DNA of 63,484 bases, counting the filler, from Octopus bimaculoides (taxonomy: Eukaryota): assembly GCF_001194135.2 (NCBI RefSeq). It is 6 parts of 5 records of this genome, joined end to end, with 100 filler letters (N's around TTAATTAATTAA, not from the genome) between each part and the next. Parts side by side here need not be neighbours in the genome. Positions count along the whole stretch, not along the records: positions 11,861 to 21,720 come from NC_068982.1; positions 21,821 to 51,991 come from NC_068987.1; 4 more parts are not named here. The stretch is one strand, 5' to 3'. Positions 12,431 to 23,916 of the stretch are shown one piece after another (position 1 is the stretch's first letter; each line of letters opens with the position of its first letter). Made by a program: the position numbers and the translations under genes. The notes under the pieces are model-generated. The model saw only the letters and a program-made list of their open reading frames with translations. It did no database searches and was not told the origin of the DNA.

Positions 12431-13910
12431 GTATCGGAAACTAACGCAAAGTAACCGAAACTAACGGAAACTAACGGAAGTAACGGAAACTAACGGAGAG
12501 TAACGGAAACTAACGGAAGTTAACGAAAGTAACGGAAACTAACGAAAACTAACTAAAAGTAACGGAAAGTAACAAAAATTAACGGAAACTAACGGAAACT
12601 ATCGAGAACTAAAGGAAACTATCNNNNNNNNNNNNNNNNNNNNNNNNNNNNNNNNNNNNNNNNNNNNNNNNNNNNNNNNNNNNNNNNNNNNNNNNNNNNN
12701 NNNNNNNNNNNNNNNNNNNNNNNNNNNNNNNNNNNNNNNNNNNNNNNNNNNNNNNNNNNNNNNNNNNNNNNNNNNNNNNNNNNNNNNNNNNNNNNNNNNN
12801 NNNNNNNNNNNNNNNNNNNNNNNNNNNNNNNNNNNNNNNNNNNNNNNNNNNNNNNNNNNNNNNNNNNNNNNNNNNNNNNNNNNNNNNNNNNNNNNNNNNN
12901 NNNNNNNNNNNNNNNNNNNNNNNNNNNNNNNNNNNNNNNNNNNNNNNNNNNNNNNNNNNNNNNNNNNNNNNNNNNNNNNNNNNNNNNNNNNNNNNNNNNN
13001 NNNNNNNNNNNNNNNNNNNNNNNNNNNNNNNNNNNNNNNNNNNNNNNNNNNNNNNNNNNNNNNNNNNNNNNNNNNNNNNNNNNNNNNNNNNNNNNNNNNN
13101 NNNNNNNNNNNNNNNNNNNNNNNNNNNNNNNNNNNNNNNNNNNNNNNNNNNNNNNNNNNNNNNNNNNNNNNNNNNNNNNNNNNNNNNNNNNNNNNNNNNN
13201 NNNNNNNNNNNNNNNNNNNNNNNNNNNNNNNNNNNNNNNNNNNNNNNNNNNNNNNNNNNNNNNNNNNNNNNNNNNNNNNNNNNNNNNNNNNNNNNNNNNN
13301 NNNNNNNNNNNNNNNNNNNNNNNNNNNNNNNNNNNNNNNNNNNNNNNNNNNNNNNNNNNNNNNNNNNNNNNNNNNNNNNNNNNNNNNNNNNNNNNNNNNN
13401 NNNNNNNNNNNNNNNNNNNNNNNNNNNNNNNNNNNNNNNNNNNNNNNNNNNNNNNNNNNNNNNNNNNNNNNNNNNNNNNNNNNNNNNNNNNNNNNNNNNN
13501 NNNNNNNNNNAACTGAAAGTAACGAAAACTAACGGAAAGTTCGTGAAACTAGCGGAAAGTAACGGAAAGTAATGGAAACTAACGGAAACTAACTGAAAGC
13601 AAGTGAAACTAGCGGAAAGTAACGGAAACTAACGGAAACTTACGGAAACTAACGGAAAGTAACGGAAACTAATGGAAAGTAACGGAAACTAACGAAAACA
13701 AACGGAAACTAACGAAAACAAATGAAAAGTACCGGAAACTAACGGAAACTAACGGAAGTAACGGAAACTAACGGAGACTAACGGAAACTCACGGAAAGTA
13801 ACGGAAAGTAGCGGAAACTAACGGGAATTAACGGGAACAAACGAAAACTAACGCGAACTAACGGAAAGTAACGGAAACTAACGGGAAGTAACGGAAACTA
13901 ACGGAGAGTA
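12431..13910. repeat. ~10-bp satellite (AACGGAAACT/AACGGAAAGT)n spanning an N gap
   Basis: Directly visible on both sides of the gap 12624-13510. Confidence 0.88.
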
Positions 13911-14255
13911 AGTGTGCTATAGGAGTCCCCAAATGTGCCACCCAGGATGTTCCACCCTCCGATGTGCCACCCCCTAACTGTACTATAGGGCTCACCAGAT
14001 GTGCCATATGGTTCCCCCAGATGTACCACCCAGGATGTGCCATACGGCTCCCCAGATGGGCCACCCTCTAACTGTGCCATAGGGCTCCCCAGATGTGCCA
14101 CCCTGTAACTGTGCCATAGGGCTGCCCAGATGTGCCACCCTCTATCTGTGCCATCGGGCTGCCCAGATGTGCCAACCTCTAACTGTACCATATGACTCCC
14201 CAGATGTGCCAACCTCTAACTGTGCCATAGGGCTCCCCAGATGTGCCATCCTCCG
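13911..14255. repeat. 37-bp satellite, forward orientation
   Basis: Same unit as 12085-12230, with clean 37-bp period at 14075-14250. Confidence 0.82.
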
Positions 14256-14520
14256 ATGTGGATTGGTAGCACAATTAGAAAGGACACCAAATGCAGCGAA
14301 AAGTGCTTTATAGTGGAATCTGGATGGATATAGAAGGAGGGGTAGGCCTAAGAACTCGTGGCATAGATCAACACAAGAGGAACTAGAGAAAGGGGGACAT
14401 TCATGGCAGAGTATAAGTACATAANNNNNNNNNNNAGTACATAAGCGAAAAATTATGCAACATGGAATTCAATTATAAGTGGCCTATACTCCGCGTTGGA
14501 GGGTTAAAGGCAAGAAAGAA
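14255..14520 (+). mobile_element. RTE-clade LINE 3' end fragment
   Basis: Frameshifted translation WIGSTIRK...WNLDGYRRRGRPKNSWHRSTQEELEKGGHSW matches the C-terminal signature of RTE ORFs. Confidence 0.6.
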
Positions 14521-14679
14521 AAAAAACCACCTTGTAGTAAGCTATACTGAGCTCATCCACAGTTATTAGCTACCAGGAAAACAAATTTTGCATCTTTGAT
14601 GGATGATAGTGATTACACACTATGTTAATTATATAATTTCACCAATGAACTATGGGTATAATGATATGTGGAAACAATT

Positions 14680-14800
14680 GTAGTGACAAGACAGATTCTT
14701 CAAGCTGAGCTAACTGGCAAGACACTTAGGGGTAGATCAAAAATGAAATGGTTGGATAACATCCATAGTTTGAGTCAATCCAGCTTAGGAATTCAACTGA
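14680..14800 (+). mobile_element. RTE/BovB-like LINE C-terminal fragment
   Basis: ILQAELTGKTLRGRSKMKWLDNI resembles RTE 'ILQGKIEGKRRRGRP...RWLDNI'. Confidence 0.5.
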
Positions 14801-15012
14801 AAAGTGTAATGATAGTTGTTTGTGACAGGACCCTATGGTGGTTTGAGAGGATGGACGGATGGATGGGTTTGAACTTTGACCTTTGAAATCACATATTCAA
14901 CATGTATTCAATNNNNNNNNNNNNNNNNNNNNNNNNNNNNNNNNNNNNNNNNNNNNNNNNNNNNNNNNNNNNNNNNNNNNNNNNNNNNNNNNNNNNNNNN
15001 NNNNNNNNNNNN

Positions 15013-15657
15013 CATTGGAAGGGGAGACGGAGAAAGTCGTGGAGACAGGTGCCTCCACGAAAGGAAAAAGAATGGTAAGCAACAATGGTTGCTCAGTAGT
15101 TGAAACAGAGGTGAGCAACAATGGTGGCTCACCAGTTTAAACAGAGTTTGGGGGGAGGTAAAGATCTCCTCGGGTGTGCCGAAGGAGGCCCTAGCCCCCG
15201 AAACCTCTAAAAGGAGGAAGAAAAGAAAGAGAGGTGGGAAGCGGCCGGCGGACGTTTATGTGCCGCNNNNNNNNNNNNNNNNNNNNNNNNNNNNNNNNNN
15301 NNNNNNNNNNNNNNNNNNNNNNNNNNNNNNNNNNNNNNNNNNNNNNNNNNNNNTTGTGCCGCTGGCGGGACAAGGTGAGATCCCTCCCCCTGAGGAGGAG
15401 GAGCAGGAGTGTCTCTTCCTGTACCTCAGAGGTGGAAGAACGCTTAAACTTTGAAGATATAGAGAGGTTCGTCTCGGCCTGCAAGAGCAGTCCGAGGTGG
15501 CCCCAGCAGTGGTAACCAACAGCGTCCGTGCTAGGGTGGAGGNNNNNNNNNNAACCAACAGCGTCCGTGCTAGGGTGGAGGCCGACTGTGGCGGCCGCTC
15601 ATGTGTGCATCAGCACTGAGGCTGAGATGAACATGGATAGCTGCCTGCGTGCAGCGG
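15013..15657 (+). mobile_element. GC-rich, gapped coding-like fragment; possibly retroelement ORF1/gag
   Basis: Purine/CpG-rich with K/R-rich frames (SKRRKKRKRGGKR; EVEERLNFEDIERFVSACK). No diagnostic motif seen. Confidence 0.25.
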
Positions 15658-16370
15658 NNNNNNNNNNNNNNNNNNNNNNNNNNNNNNNNNNNNNNNNNNN
15701 NNNNNNNNNNNNNNNNNNNNNNNNNNNNNNNNNNNNNNNNNNNNNNNNNNNNNNNNNNNNNNNNNNNNNNNNNNNNNNNNNNNNNNNNNNNNNNNNNNNN
15801 NNNNNNNNNNNNNNNNNNNNNNNNNNNNNNNNNNNNNNNNNNNNNNNNNNNNNNNNNNNNNNNNNNNNNNNNNNNNNNNNATAAAGAAGCTTGCTTCACA
15901 ACCACATGTTTCAAGGTTCAGTTCCACTGCATGGCACTTTGGGCAAATGTCTTCAACTGTAGCCTCAGGCTGATCAATGTCTTGTTAGTGAATTTGGCAA
16001 CTGAAAACTGAAAGAAACCTGTTGTGTGTGTATATCTACATGTTTGTGTGTCTTTGTGTCTGTGTTTGTCTCCCATCCTCCCTGCCACTTGACAACCACT
16101 GCTGGTGGGTTTGTCCCTGTAATTTAGTGGTTCAGCAAAAGAGATTGATAGATTAAGTACCAGGCTTAAAAAAATTAAGTGCTGGAATCAATACATTTAA
16201 CTAAAAATTCTTCAAGGCTGTGCCCCAGCATGGCCGCAGTTTAATGACTGGAACAAGTAAAAGATAAAAAAATAAATATCCTAGAGTAGAATATAATTGA
16301 CCTTGTACCTAATCAAATGAACCCACTGCTTTGATAATCATTATTTACTTAGTTTAACTTCTTGTTGCAG

Positions 16371-16620
16371 AACTACCAAAGTGGAACAAAATAAATGAAG
16401 GCCAGAATGACTTTCTCTATGAATTATCCTCCATACAACTTTCACTCAACACTGTGGAATGTAAGAGAAAGGAGAGATTTCTTTCCTGATTGTGGAAGCT
16501 TATGTGGTGTACATGTTGACAAAACTGGAAAAGCAACTGTTCAAAAGGAACACAACAGTTGTAAAGGAGAACATCTTTATGCAAAGTTTTCAAGCCTCCC
16601 TTTATTCCAGAAGCCTGATG
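16371..16620 (+). CDS. Candidate exon of an unidentified gene (ends at 16460 or 16620)
   Basis: Acceptor tttaacttcttgttgcag|16371. Donors AAT|GTAAGA (16461) or ATG|GTAAAG (16621) both leave phase 1 in an open frame, compatible with the 18671 exon. Confidence 0.35.
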
Positions 16621-17881
16621 GTAAAGATATTTTACTAATTTAATGGAACTTACTAATTGATATACAAGGGGGGGGGNNNNNNNNNNTCGAAAGTCATGCT
16701 CTAGAGCATTTGGCATTTTATTTATATTACATTATTCTTATTATTACTATTATTATCATTAATACTATTATTATTATTAAGGTGGTAAGCTGGCAGAACT
16801 GTTAGCATGCCAGGCAAAATACTTAGTGGCATTTTGTCCATCTATGTTCTGAGTTCAAATTCTGTTAAGGTTGACTTTGCCTTTCATCCTTTTGGAGTCG
16901 ATAAAGTAAGTGCCAGTTGAGCACTGGGATTGATCTAATTGACCTGCCCCTCCCCCGAAATTGCTGGTTTTGTGCCAAATTTTGAAAGCATTATTATTAT
17001 TATTGAATGAGAGAGCTGTGCGTGTTATCAAAGTGGCATTGGGGTACAAATATTCAAAACCCAATACACCTGGCACATGCATCACAACCACATGTGTGCA
17101 ACATAGTGATCTCATATCAAGATCAACAGCACATGACCTTGCAGGTGGAGTCCTGTTAGAATTCTCTTCTGGTCGAGTAGTCCATCCCACTCAAAAGATC
17201 ACTGAATATGGGTTGTTTAAGGATGATGAATAAAACCTCCATGTTTCTAGAAGTGAATTATTCAAACCNNNNNNNNNNNNNNNNNNNNNNNNNNNNNNNN
17301 NNNNNNNNNNNNNNNNNNNNNNNNNNNNNNNNNNNNNNNNNNNNNNNNNNNNNNNNAATTATTCAAACCTCAAAGAATTCATCTCAACACATGGCTATGA
17401 TGCTCCTCCACTACTTCTAGTTGTGATCAGAGATGTACATACCATCAGCCACTAAGGGACAAGCAAATCTGTGGTACTGAGAAGAATATTTGCTATAATG
17501 ATATTTCTGCTTCAGCAACTCGGCACTGAATCNNNNNNNNNNTATAATGATATTTCTGCTTCAGCAACTCGGCACTGAATCTGTCTGAAATGCAATGGAA
17601 AAAAGGTCAGTTTCAAAACATTGATGTCCAGGTCATAAAAGCAGAGTTTTAAGGGAATAGTAGACATCTTTGATTTCTAGCTAGAAGCAAACAGGAAATG
17701 GCACTTACTGACTGAAGGCAAAAAAAAAAAAGAATTAAAATTTTGTTACACAGTGTTATCATTCGCATGATACACTCAAGACTGTTAATTTGCAAGCATT
17801 TCACACTTTGTAAGCAAAACACAACAATTCCCTCTCATTCAGTTACAAATATTTCTAATAGTTACTGAAATGTAAGTATAG

Positions 17882-17991
17882 ATGCAGGAGTGGCTGTGTG
17901 ATAAGAAGCTTGCTTCCCATCTATGTGGTTCCAGGTTCAGCCCCACTGTGTGGCACTTTGGGCAAGTGTCTTCTACTATAGCCTTGGGCTG
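17882..17991 (+). mobile_element. tRNA-headed SINE ('gcaggagtggctgtgtg...ggcactttgggcaagtgtcttctactatagcc')
   Basis: Family also at about 15880-16020(+), 24280-24350, 25620-25700, 26840-27000(-), 31270-31360 and 48395-48545(-). Confidence 0.75.
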
Positions 17992-18670
17992 NNNNNNNNN
18001 NNNNNNNNNNNNNNNNNNNNNNNNNNNNNNNNNNNNNNNNNNNNNNNNNNNNNNNNNNNNNNNNNNNNNNNNNNNNNNNNNNNNNNNNNNNNNNNNNNNN
18101 NNNNNNNNNNNNNNNNNNNNNNNNNNNNNNNNNNNNNNNNNNNNNNNNNNNNNNNNNNNNNNNNNNNNNNNNNNNNNNNNNNNNNNNNNNNNNNNNNNNN
18201 NNNNNNNNNNNNNNNNNNNNNNNNNNNNNNNNNNNNNNNNNNNNNNNNNNNNNNNNNNNNNNNNNNNNNNNNNNNNNNNNNNNNNNNNNNNNNNNNNNNN
18301 NNNNNNNNNNNNNNNNNNNNNNNNNNNNNNNNNNNNNNNNNNNNNNNNNNNNNNNNNNNNNNNNNNNNNNNNNNNNNNNNNNNNNNNNNNNNNNNNNNNN
18401 NNNNNNNNNNNNNNNNNNNNNNNNNNNNNNNNNNNNNNNNNNNNNNNNNNNNNNNNNNNNNNNNNNNNNNNNNNNNNNNNNNNNNNNNNNNNNNNNNNNN
18501 NNNNNNNNNNNNNNNNNNNNNNNNNNNNNNNNNNNNNNNNNNNACTTTTCAGCGTCCCCTCGTACCAGAATAAAAAATGAATATTTACAAAATTTTGAAT
18601 GCTTCACTCAGTGCTGATTTAAGGCTAAATGACAACAAAACTTGAATATACTTGTTTCATTTCCTTTCAG

Positions 18671-18777
18671 TTTTACAAAAACATGATGCCATTGGGATTC
18701 ATCGTCTCAACTACATTAACAAGAAAATGACTTCCTTACACAAAAGACTTAAAATAATGAAGACTCTATGTCATCAG
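18671..18777 (+). CDS. Candidate 107-nt internal coding exon (xLQKHDAIGIHRLNYINKKMTSLHKRLKIMKTLCHQ), product unknown
   Basis: Strong acceptor cttgtttcatttcctttcag, strong donor CAG|GTAAGA, open frame phase 1 to phase 0, non-repetitive sequence. Confidence 0.55.
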
Positions 18778-18950
18778 GTAAGATGAGCATTAGAATAATA
18801 TTTATTTCTTGGTGTTGCTCAGTCAGAGAACATCTTTGTTAATTAGGGATGTGGCGATGTTTTTCTTTTATCTGTTGATAATGTTTCAGTGTATTAGGTG
18901 GTATGATAAAGTTCTCGGACTAGTTNNNNNNNNNNGATAATGTTTCAGTG

Positions 18951-19739
18951 TATTAGGTGGTATGATAAAGTTCTCGGACTAGTTATGTAGTGTGCTAAGA
19001 AATGGCAGCACACAGTTGGCATGTGTCACACACAGTGACAGCTAGCAATGACATTCATGAGATAGTGTGCCAAGTGATGTTGCTATGTTTACTTTGCAAG
19101 TTATGAAATTTGTGTTTCTGTGATCACATCTATGCTGTAGCCTGCAATTTTGTCATGGACAAGAACAAAAAGCCAATATGGCATGGGTTGTTTCAAAGTG
19201 GAAGAACGTCCCTGGATGACTGAGCGATCTGGAAGTCTTGCCATGAGCGTCATCCCTGGAAATGTGGCATTGTGCATTGAGAATTCTTCCATCAGTCGAG
19301 TTCTATTTCAACGTTTTGAAACATTTGAAGGAGGACATTCGGTGAAAGTAGATCTGTGGTGCACCAAGAACTGGATTCTCCACGATGACAATGCACCGTG
19401 TCACTGAGCTCCCCTCACGCGTGAGTTTCTTACCAAAAACAACATGGTATCGCTTCTNNNNNNNNNNATTTAGCACTTGCAGACTTCCATCTCTTCTCCA
19501 AGATAAAAATGCAGCTTAAAGGTCTCCGTTGTCGAGATCCAGAGCGAATTGCAGAAGGTCTTCGATTTGCTTACAGAAAATGACTTCCAGGACACATTCC
19601 AAAAGTAGCAGGAATGCTGGGAGTGGTGTATTGCCGCACAAGGTAACTATTTCAAAGGAGACGATAATAAAACTTAGGTAAATAAATTATTTTCTATTAA
19701 ACATACCTAGTAAGGGAAACTTTTGATACCACCTCGTTA
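18951..19739 (+). mobile_element. Internally deleted mariner element
   Basis: TIRs tattaggtggtatgataaagttctcggactagt and acatacctagtaagggaaacttttgataccacctcgtta. Transposase remnants WILHDDNAPCH and DFHLFSKIKMQLKG...WEWCIAAQGNYFKGD. Confidence 0.82.
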
Positions 19740-21270
19740 AACTTTTGTTTCCAGCCAAAACACGGCTACATTCCTTTTGTTTTTCTCTTAAACAAAGTCC
19801 AAAATTTTAAAGTATCTTGAACGTACATATTTTATGATGTAGTGTTTACTTTTACAAACGATATTATTAGTCAAGCTGATGGTTCAGAATATATGTGATT
19901 CGTGTACTTATAATTCATTGCTTCAATAGGTTTCTCACCTCTCAGACTTTATCTAGCTCTTTGCATTCTTACAATGTCGTCCAAAATAATTATCACATGC
20001 AGAANNNNNNNNNNNNNNNNNNAAAAAAAAATGTTAAGGGAGGTAACTCATGCGCTTTGTTTATTGAGTTATCGTCGTTGCTTTCTCCCTTAAAAATAAG
20101 TGGTCGGAGTTCATTGAGTGTAGACATTAAAACTTTACAGAAACGATTTTATTTATTTCGATAGCTGAAACGTATAATATTATCAGATCTAATTAATAAC
20201 TCCATATAGTATGAAGTATTGAATGCAACAAACGTTGCCATTCTGTTGTGTAATTAGTCAAATGTATACGTATCGCATGTGATAGTGGTGAGATGGACAA
20301 AATAAAAGGAAGGGCCATAAGGACGTATTGAAGGACTTCGGATGAATAATAAACTAATTAATGGCCACTAACAGATCTATGGATGCGGATTCGGTTTGCT
20401 GAGCAGGATACCTGCATAGTATACATGATACGAATGTTAGTTTTTTTTTTTGTTTTTATTTGCAGGGAAGATAAAATAGCTAGATGATAAAAAAAAAAAA
20501 AGTTCCCTATGGAAGTTTAGCAACGATCCTGGAATATTTATGTGGGCACCATATCGGAACTTCATTCCGTTTGTTAATACTGTGTATGTCTCTCAAACGG
20601 TGATGGCCCTGCTTTACTCTGTCCCTCTCGTTCCCTCTCTCTCTCTCTCNNNNNNNNNNNNNNNNNNNNNNNNNNNNNNNNNNNNNNNNNNNNNNNNNNN
20701 NNNNNNNNNNNNNNNNNNNNNNNNNNNNNNNNNNNNNNNNNNNNNNNNNNNNNNNNNNNNNNNNNNNNNNNNNNNNNNNNNNNNNNNNNNNNNNNNNNNN
20801 NNNNNNNNNNNNNNNNNNNNNNNNNNNNNNNNNNNNNNNNNNNNNNNNNNNNNNNNNNNNNNNNNNNNNNNNNNNNNNNNNNNNNNNNNNNNNNNNNNNN
20901 NNNNNNNNNNNNNNNNNNNNNNNNNNNNNNNNNNNNNNNNNNNNNNNNNNNNNNNNNNNNNNNNNNNNNNNNNNNNNNNNNNNNNNNNNNNNNNNNNNNN
21001 NNNNNNNNNNNNNNNNNNNNNNNNNNNNNNNNNNNNNNNNNNNNNNNNNNNNNNNNNNNNNNNNNNNNNNNNNNNNNNNNNNNNNNNNNNNNNNNNNNNN
21101 NNNNNNNNNNNNNNNNNNNNNNNNNNNNNNNNNNNNNNNNNNNNNNNNNNNNNNNNNNNNNNNNNNNNNNNNNNNNNNNNNNNNNNNNNNNNNNNNNNNN
21201 NNNNNNNNNNNNNNNNNNNNNNNNNNNNNNNNNNNNNNNNNNNNNNNNNNNNNNNNNNNNNNNNNNNNNN

Positions 21271-21720
21271 CCGCAATGAGGAGGGAACCAGGCTGCTGGA
21301 GTTCTGTGACGCAAATGACCATATTGTTTGCAATACTAATTTCAGGAAACCTGCCAGTCACCTAGTCACCTACCGTTCTGGCAGACACTCNNNNNNNNNN
21401 NNNNNNNNNNNNNNNNNNNNNNNNNNNNNNNNNNNNNNNNNNNNNNNNNNNNNNNNNNNNNNNNNNNNNNNNNNNNNNNNNNNNNNNNCCACAACATAGA
21501 CTAGTAGTTAGTGACTTCAGGATTAGGGCCAAGTGGTTACCCAGGAGACGAGCAGCTTGGAGGAGAAGGGTCTGGAAGCTCAAAAGATCCTGCGAANNNN
21601 NNNNNNACGAGCAGCTTGGAGGAGAAGGGTCTGGAAGCTCAAAAGATCCTGCGAATAGACAGAGATTTATAGACTTATTACTTGAGGCCTTTGACGAATT
21701 AGAAGGGGAAGTAGCTTCAC
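21271..21720 (+). mobile_element. RTE-clade LINE, AP-endonuclease C-terminal region (gapped)
   Basis: RNEEGTRLLEFCDANDHIVCNTNFRKPASHLVTYRSG...QHRLVVSDFRI is typical of the RTE endonuclease. Confidence 0.8.
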
Positions 21721-23141
21721 NNNNNNNNNNNNNNNNNNNNNNNNNNNNNNNNNNNNNNNNNNNNTTAATTAATTAANNNNNNNNNNNNNNNNNNNNNNNN
21801 NNNNNNNNNNNNNNNNNNNNTATTATGCGCCCTTTTAAAGCCTAGCTAGGTTCATGGGCCCGGTTTCCCCCCAGCTGGTTTCCCCCTATCGCAGCGTTAC
21901 TCAAGAAACAGGAAGAAAGAGTGAGAGAAATTTGGGGCGAAAGAGTACAACAGGGTTCGCCACCACCCCTTACTGTTTGCTTCCAACTGGTTACTTCTGC
22001 ACATGCCGCTACTCTTCCATCCCCATAGGATTTTCAGCAGATGGCATGAGAAATGAAGTCACCCTACACAGACATCTGTACATCATTGGATCATAGTGAT
22101 AAACGCTTGTACAACCACGAGTCTCAGTCTCTGAGTCTCCGTGATTAGTATCTTGCGACTGACCGAAGGGAGACGAACGATAATCACGTGAAACTGCAGG
22201 TTTTCATCAGAGCGTCCCTCTTCTAGGGACGCTGCTCTGACAACAGCTGGGAGTCCCTCACTCTTGTTGGCTCTACTGTGCATCCCGATACCAATCGAGG
22301 CTATTTCTGCATCCCCGTACTCAAATGGGTTGTCATCACATTTGCTAGTTAACCCATCGCTGAGACCCTGACTAATCCGGGTCAGAGGAGAACTGGGAAG
22401 AAAAGGGGCTAAGAAGGGGTTCCACCTCACAATTCTAGAATTCCTGAACCGGAGCCCTACCATGGGATGCAGTTTAAAGTCTGGTCAAAACAAACATACA
22501 TATATGTATGTGAGTATATGCAGATATATGTGTACACACACACACACATACATACAATGCTCGAAATGAGGAGTAGACAGCCGACAACTGATGAAGGGTC
22601 GTTCTTTATGTTACTTGTCCTGTTTTCCATTTGTTTCTCTCGTTGTTTGCGTATTGAATTCATTTGCTTTCGTATTTCATGTTGTTTACTGTTCGTGACG
22701 TCCTGTACCCATATATGCATATGTATATATATATATGTATATATATGTATATATATGTATATATATANNNNNNNNNNNNNNNNNNNNNNNNNNNNNNNNN
22801 NNNNNNNNNNNNNNNNNNNNNNNNNNNNNNNNNNNNNNNNNNNNNNNNNNNNNNNNNNNNNNNNNNNNNNNNNNNNNNNNNNNNNNNNNNNNNNNNNNNN
22901 NNNNNNNNNNNNNNNNNNNNNNNNNNNNNNNNNNNNNNNNNNNNNNNNNNNNNNNNNNNNNNNNNNNNNNNNNNNNNNNNNNNNNNNNNNNNNNNNNNNN
23001 NNNNNNNNNNNNNNNNNNNNNNNNNNNNNNNNNNNNNNNNNNNNNNNNNNNNNNNNNNNNNAGTAACATAAAGAACGACCCTTCATCAGTTGTCGGCTTT
23101 TTATCTACTCCACATGTTGAGCATATATATATATTATATGT

Positions 23142-23184
<43 letters not shown>

Positions 23185-23615
23185 TATAAGTATACATGTG
23201 TGTGTTAGTATGCTTGTATGTATGTGTGTGCATGTGAGTCTATATGCGTGTGTATGTATGTATAGTTTGAAAGTGGTCGTGAGGAAGAGAAAAGATTAGA
23301 AACTATGAATAGAATTCAACATAATTGGATGGAATAATTAATAATGATAGTAAAACTGTGAGAGCAACAGGTGTGCATTAGTTTCATTACTTTCAAAGAC
23401 TTTGGAACTGTTTGAAAAATCTTTGAAAGCAGTAAAAAGCGCCTACATTAATTTCAGTCGTCACCTCTTTGCCAATATACATATACACACACACACGCAC
23501 ACGCACAAATATACAGAGTGATGGAAAAGTAACTCCCTGTCTTAAAATACTCATAAATTATTTCGTTTTTGCATTTGGTTTGCAAGATTCTTTATGTGAG
23601 TTCGTTTGTTGAAAC

Positions 23616-23916
23616 ATATTTTGTTTTTTCTGGGGAGAGTCATTCTCTTTTTGTGCCTTATTATTTAACACACACACCGGTTCAGTTTCCACTCATTTAC
23701 TTCTTTATTTTTGCTAAAATTTTCGTTGTGTCTTGCAACCTTTTCAATAGTCATTGACTGTCCGTTCTCTGAGCTGCAGTCAGCGACTATTGAAAAGGTT
23801 GTGAGACGCAACGAAAATTTTAGACGCAACGAAAATGAGTGGAAACTTAACCAGTGCGTGTGTTAAATAAATAAGGCACTAAAAGAGAATGACCCTCAAC
23901 AGACACAACAAAATAT
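23616..23916. repeat. Fold-back (~140-bp imperfect arms, 16-nt loop at 23761-23776)
   Basis: For example gcaaccttttcaatagtc pairs with gactattgaaaaggttgt, and gagtcattctcttttt with aaaagagaatgacc. Confidence 0.8.

Noticed and set aside
12431-14255. Regularly spaced repeats as a CRISPR-like array
   Set aside because: Units are contiguous tandem satellite with no unique spacers, in eukaryotic DNA.
17565-17605. Possible 41-nt exon (ttcag|CAACTCGG...AAAAAG|gtcagt; NSALNLSEMQWKK)
   Set aside because: Its only open frame needs phase 2 entry, which neither candidate upstream donor provides, and it lies in a duplicated gap edge. Not excluded, but unsupported.
15514-21650. Short exact direct repeats flanking 10-N gaps (about 15514/15553, 17495/17543, 18876/18936, 21546/21607)
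   Set aside because: Each pair straddles a minimal gap; most simply unmerged contig overlaps.
21821-22463. GC-richer segment with a 126-aa minus-strand ORF
   Set aside because: No recognisable motif or splice signals; probably a retroelement UTR fragment that I cannot classify.
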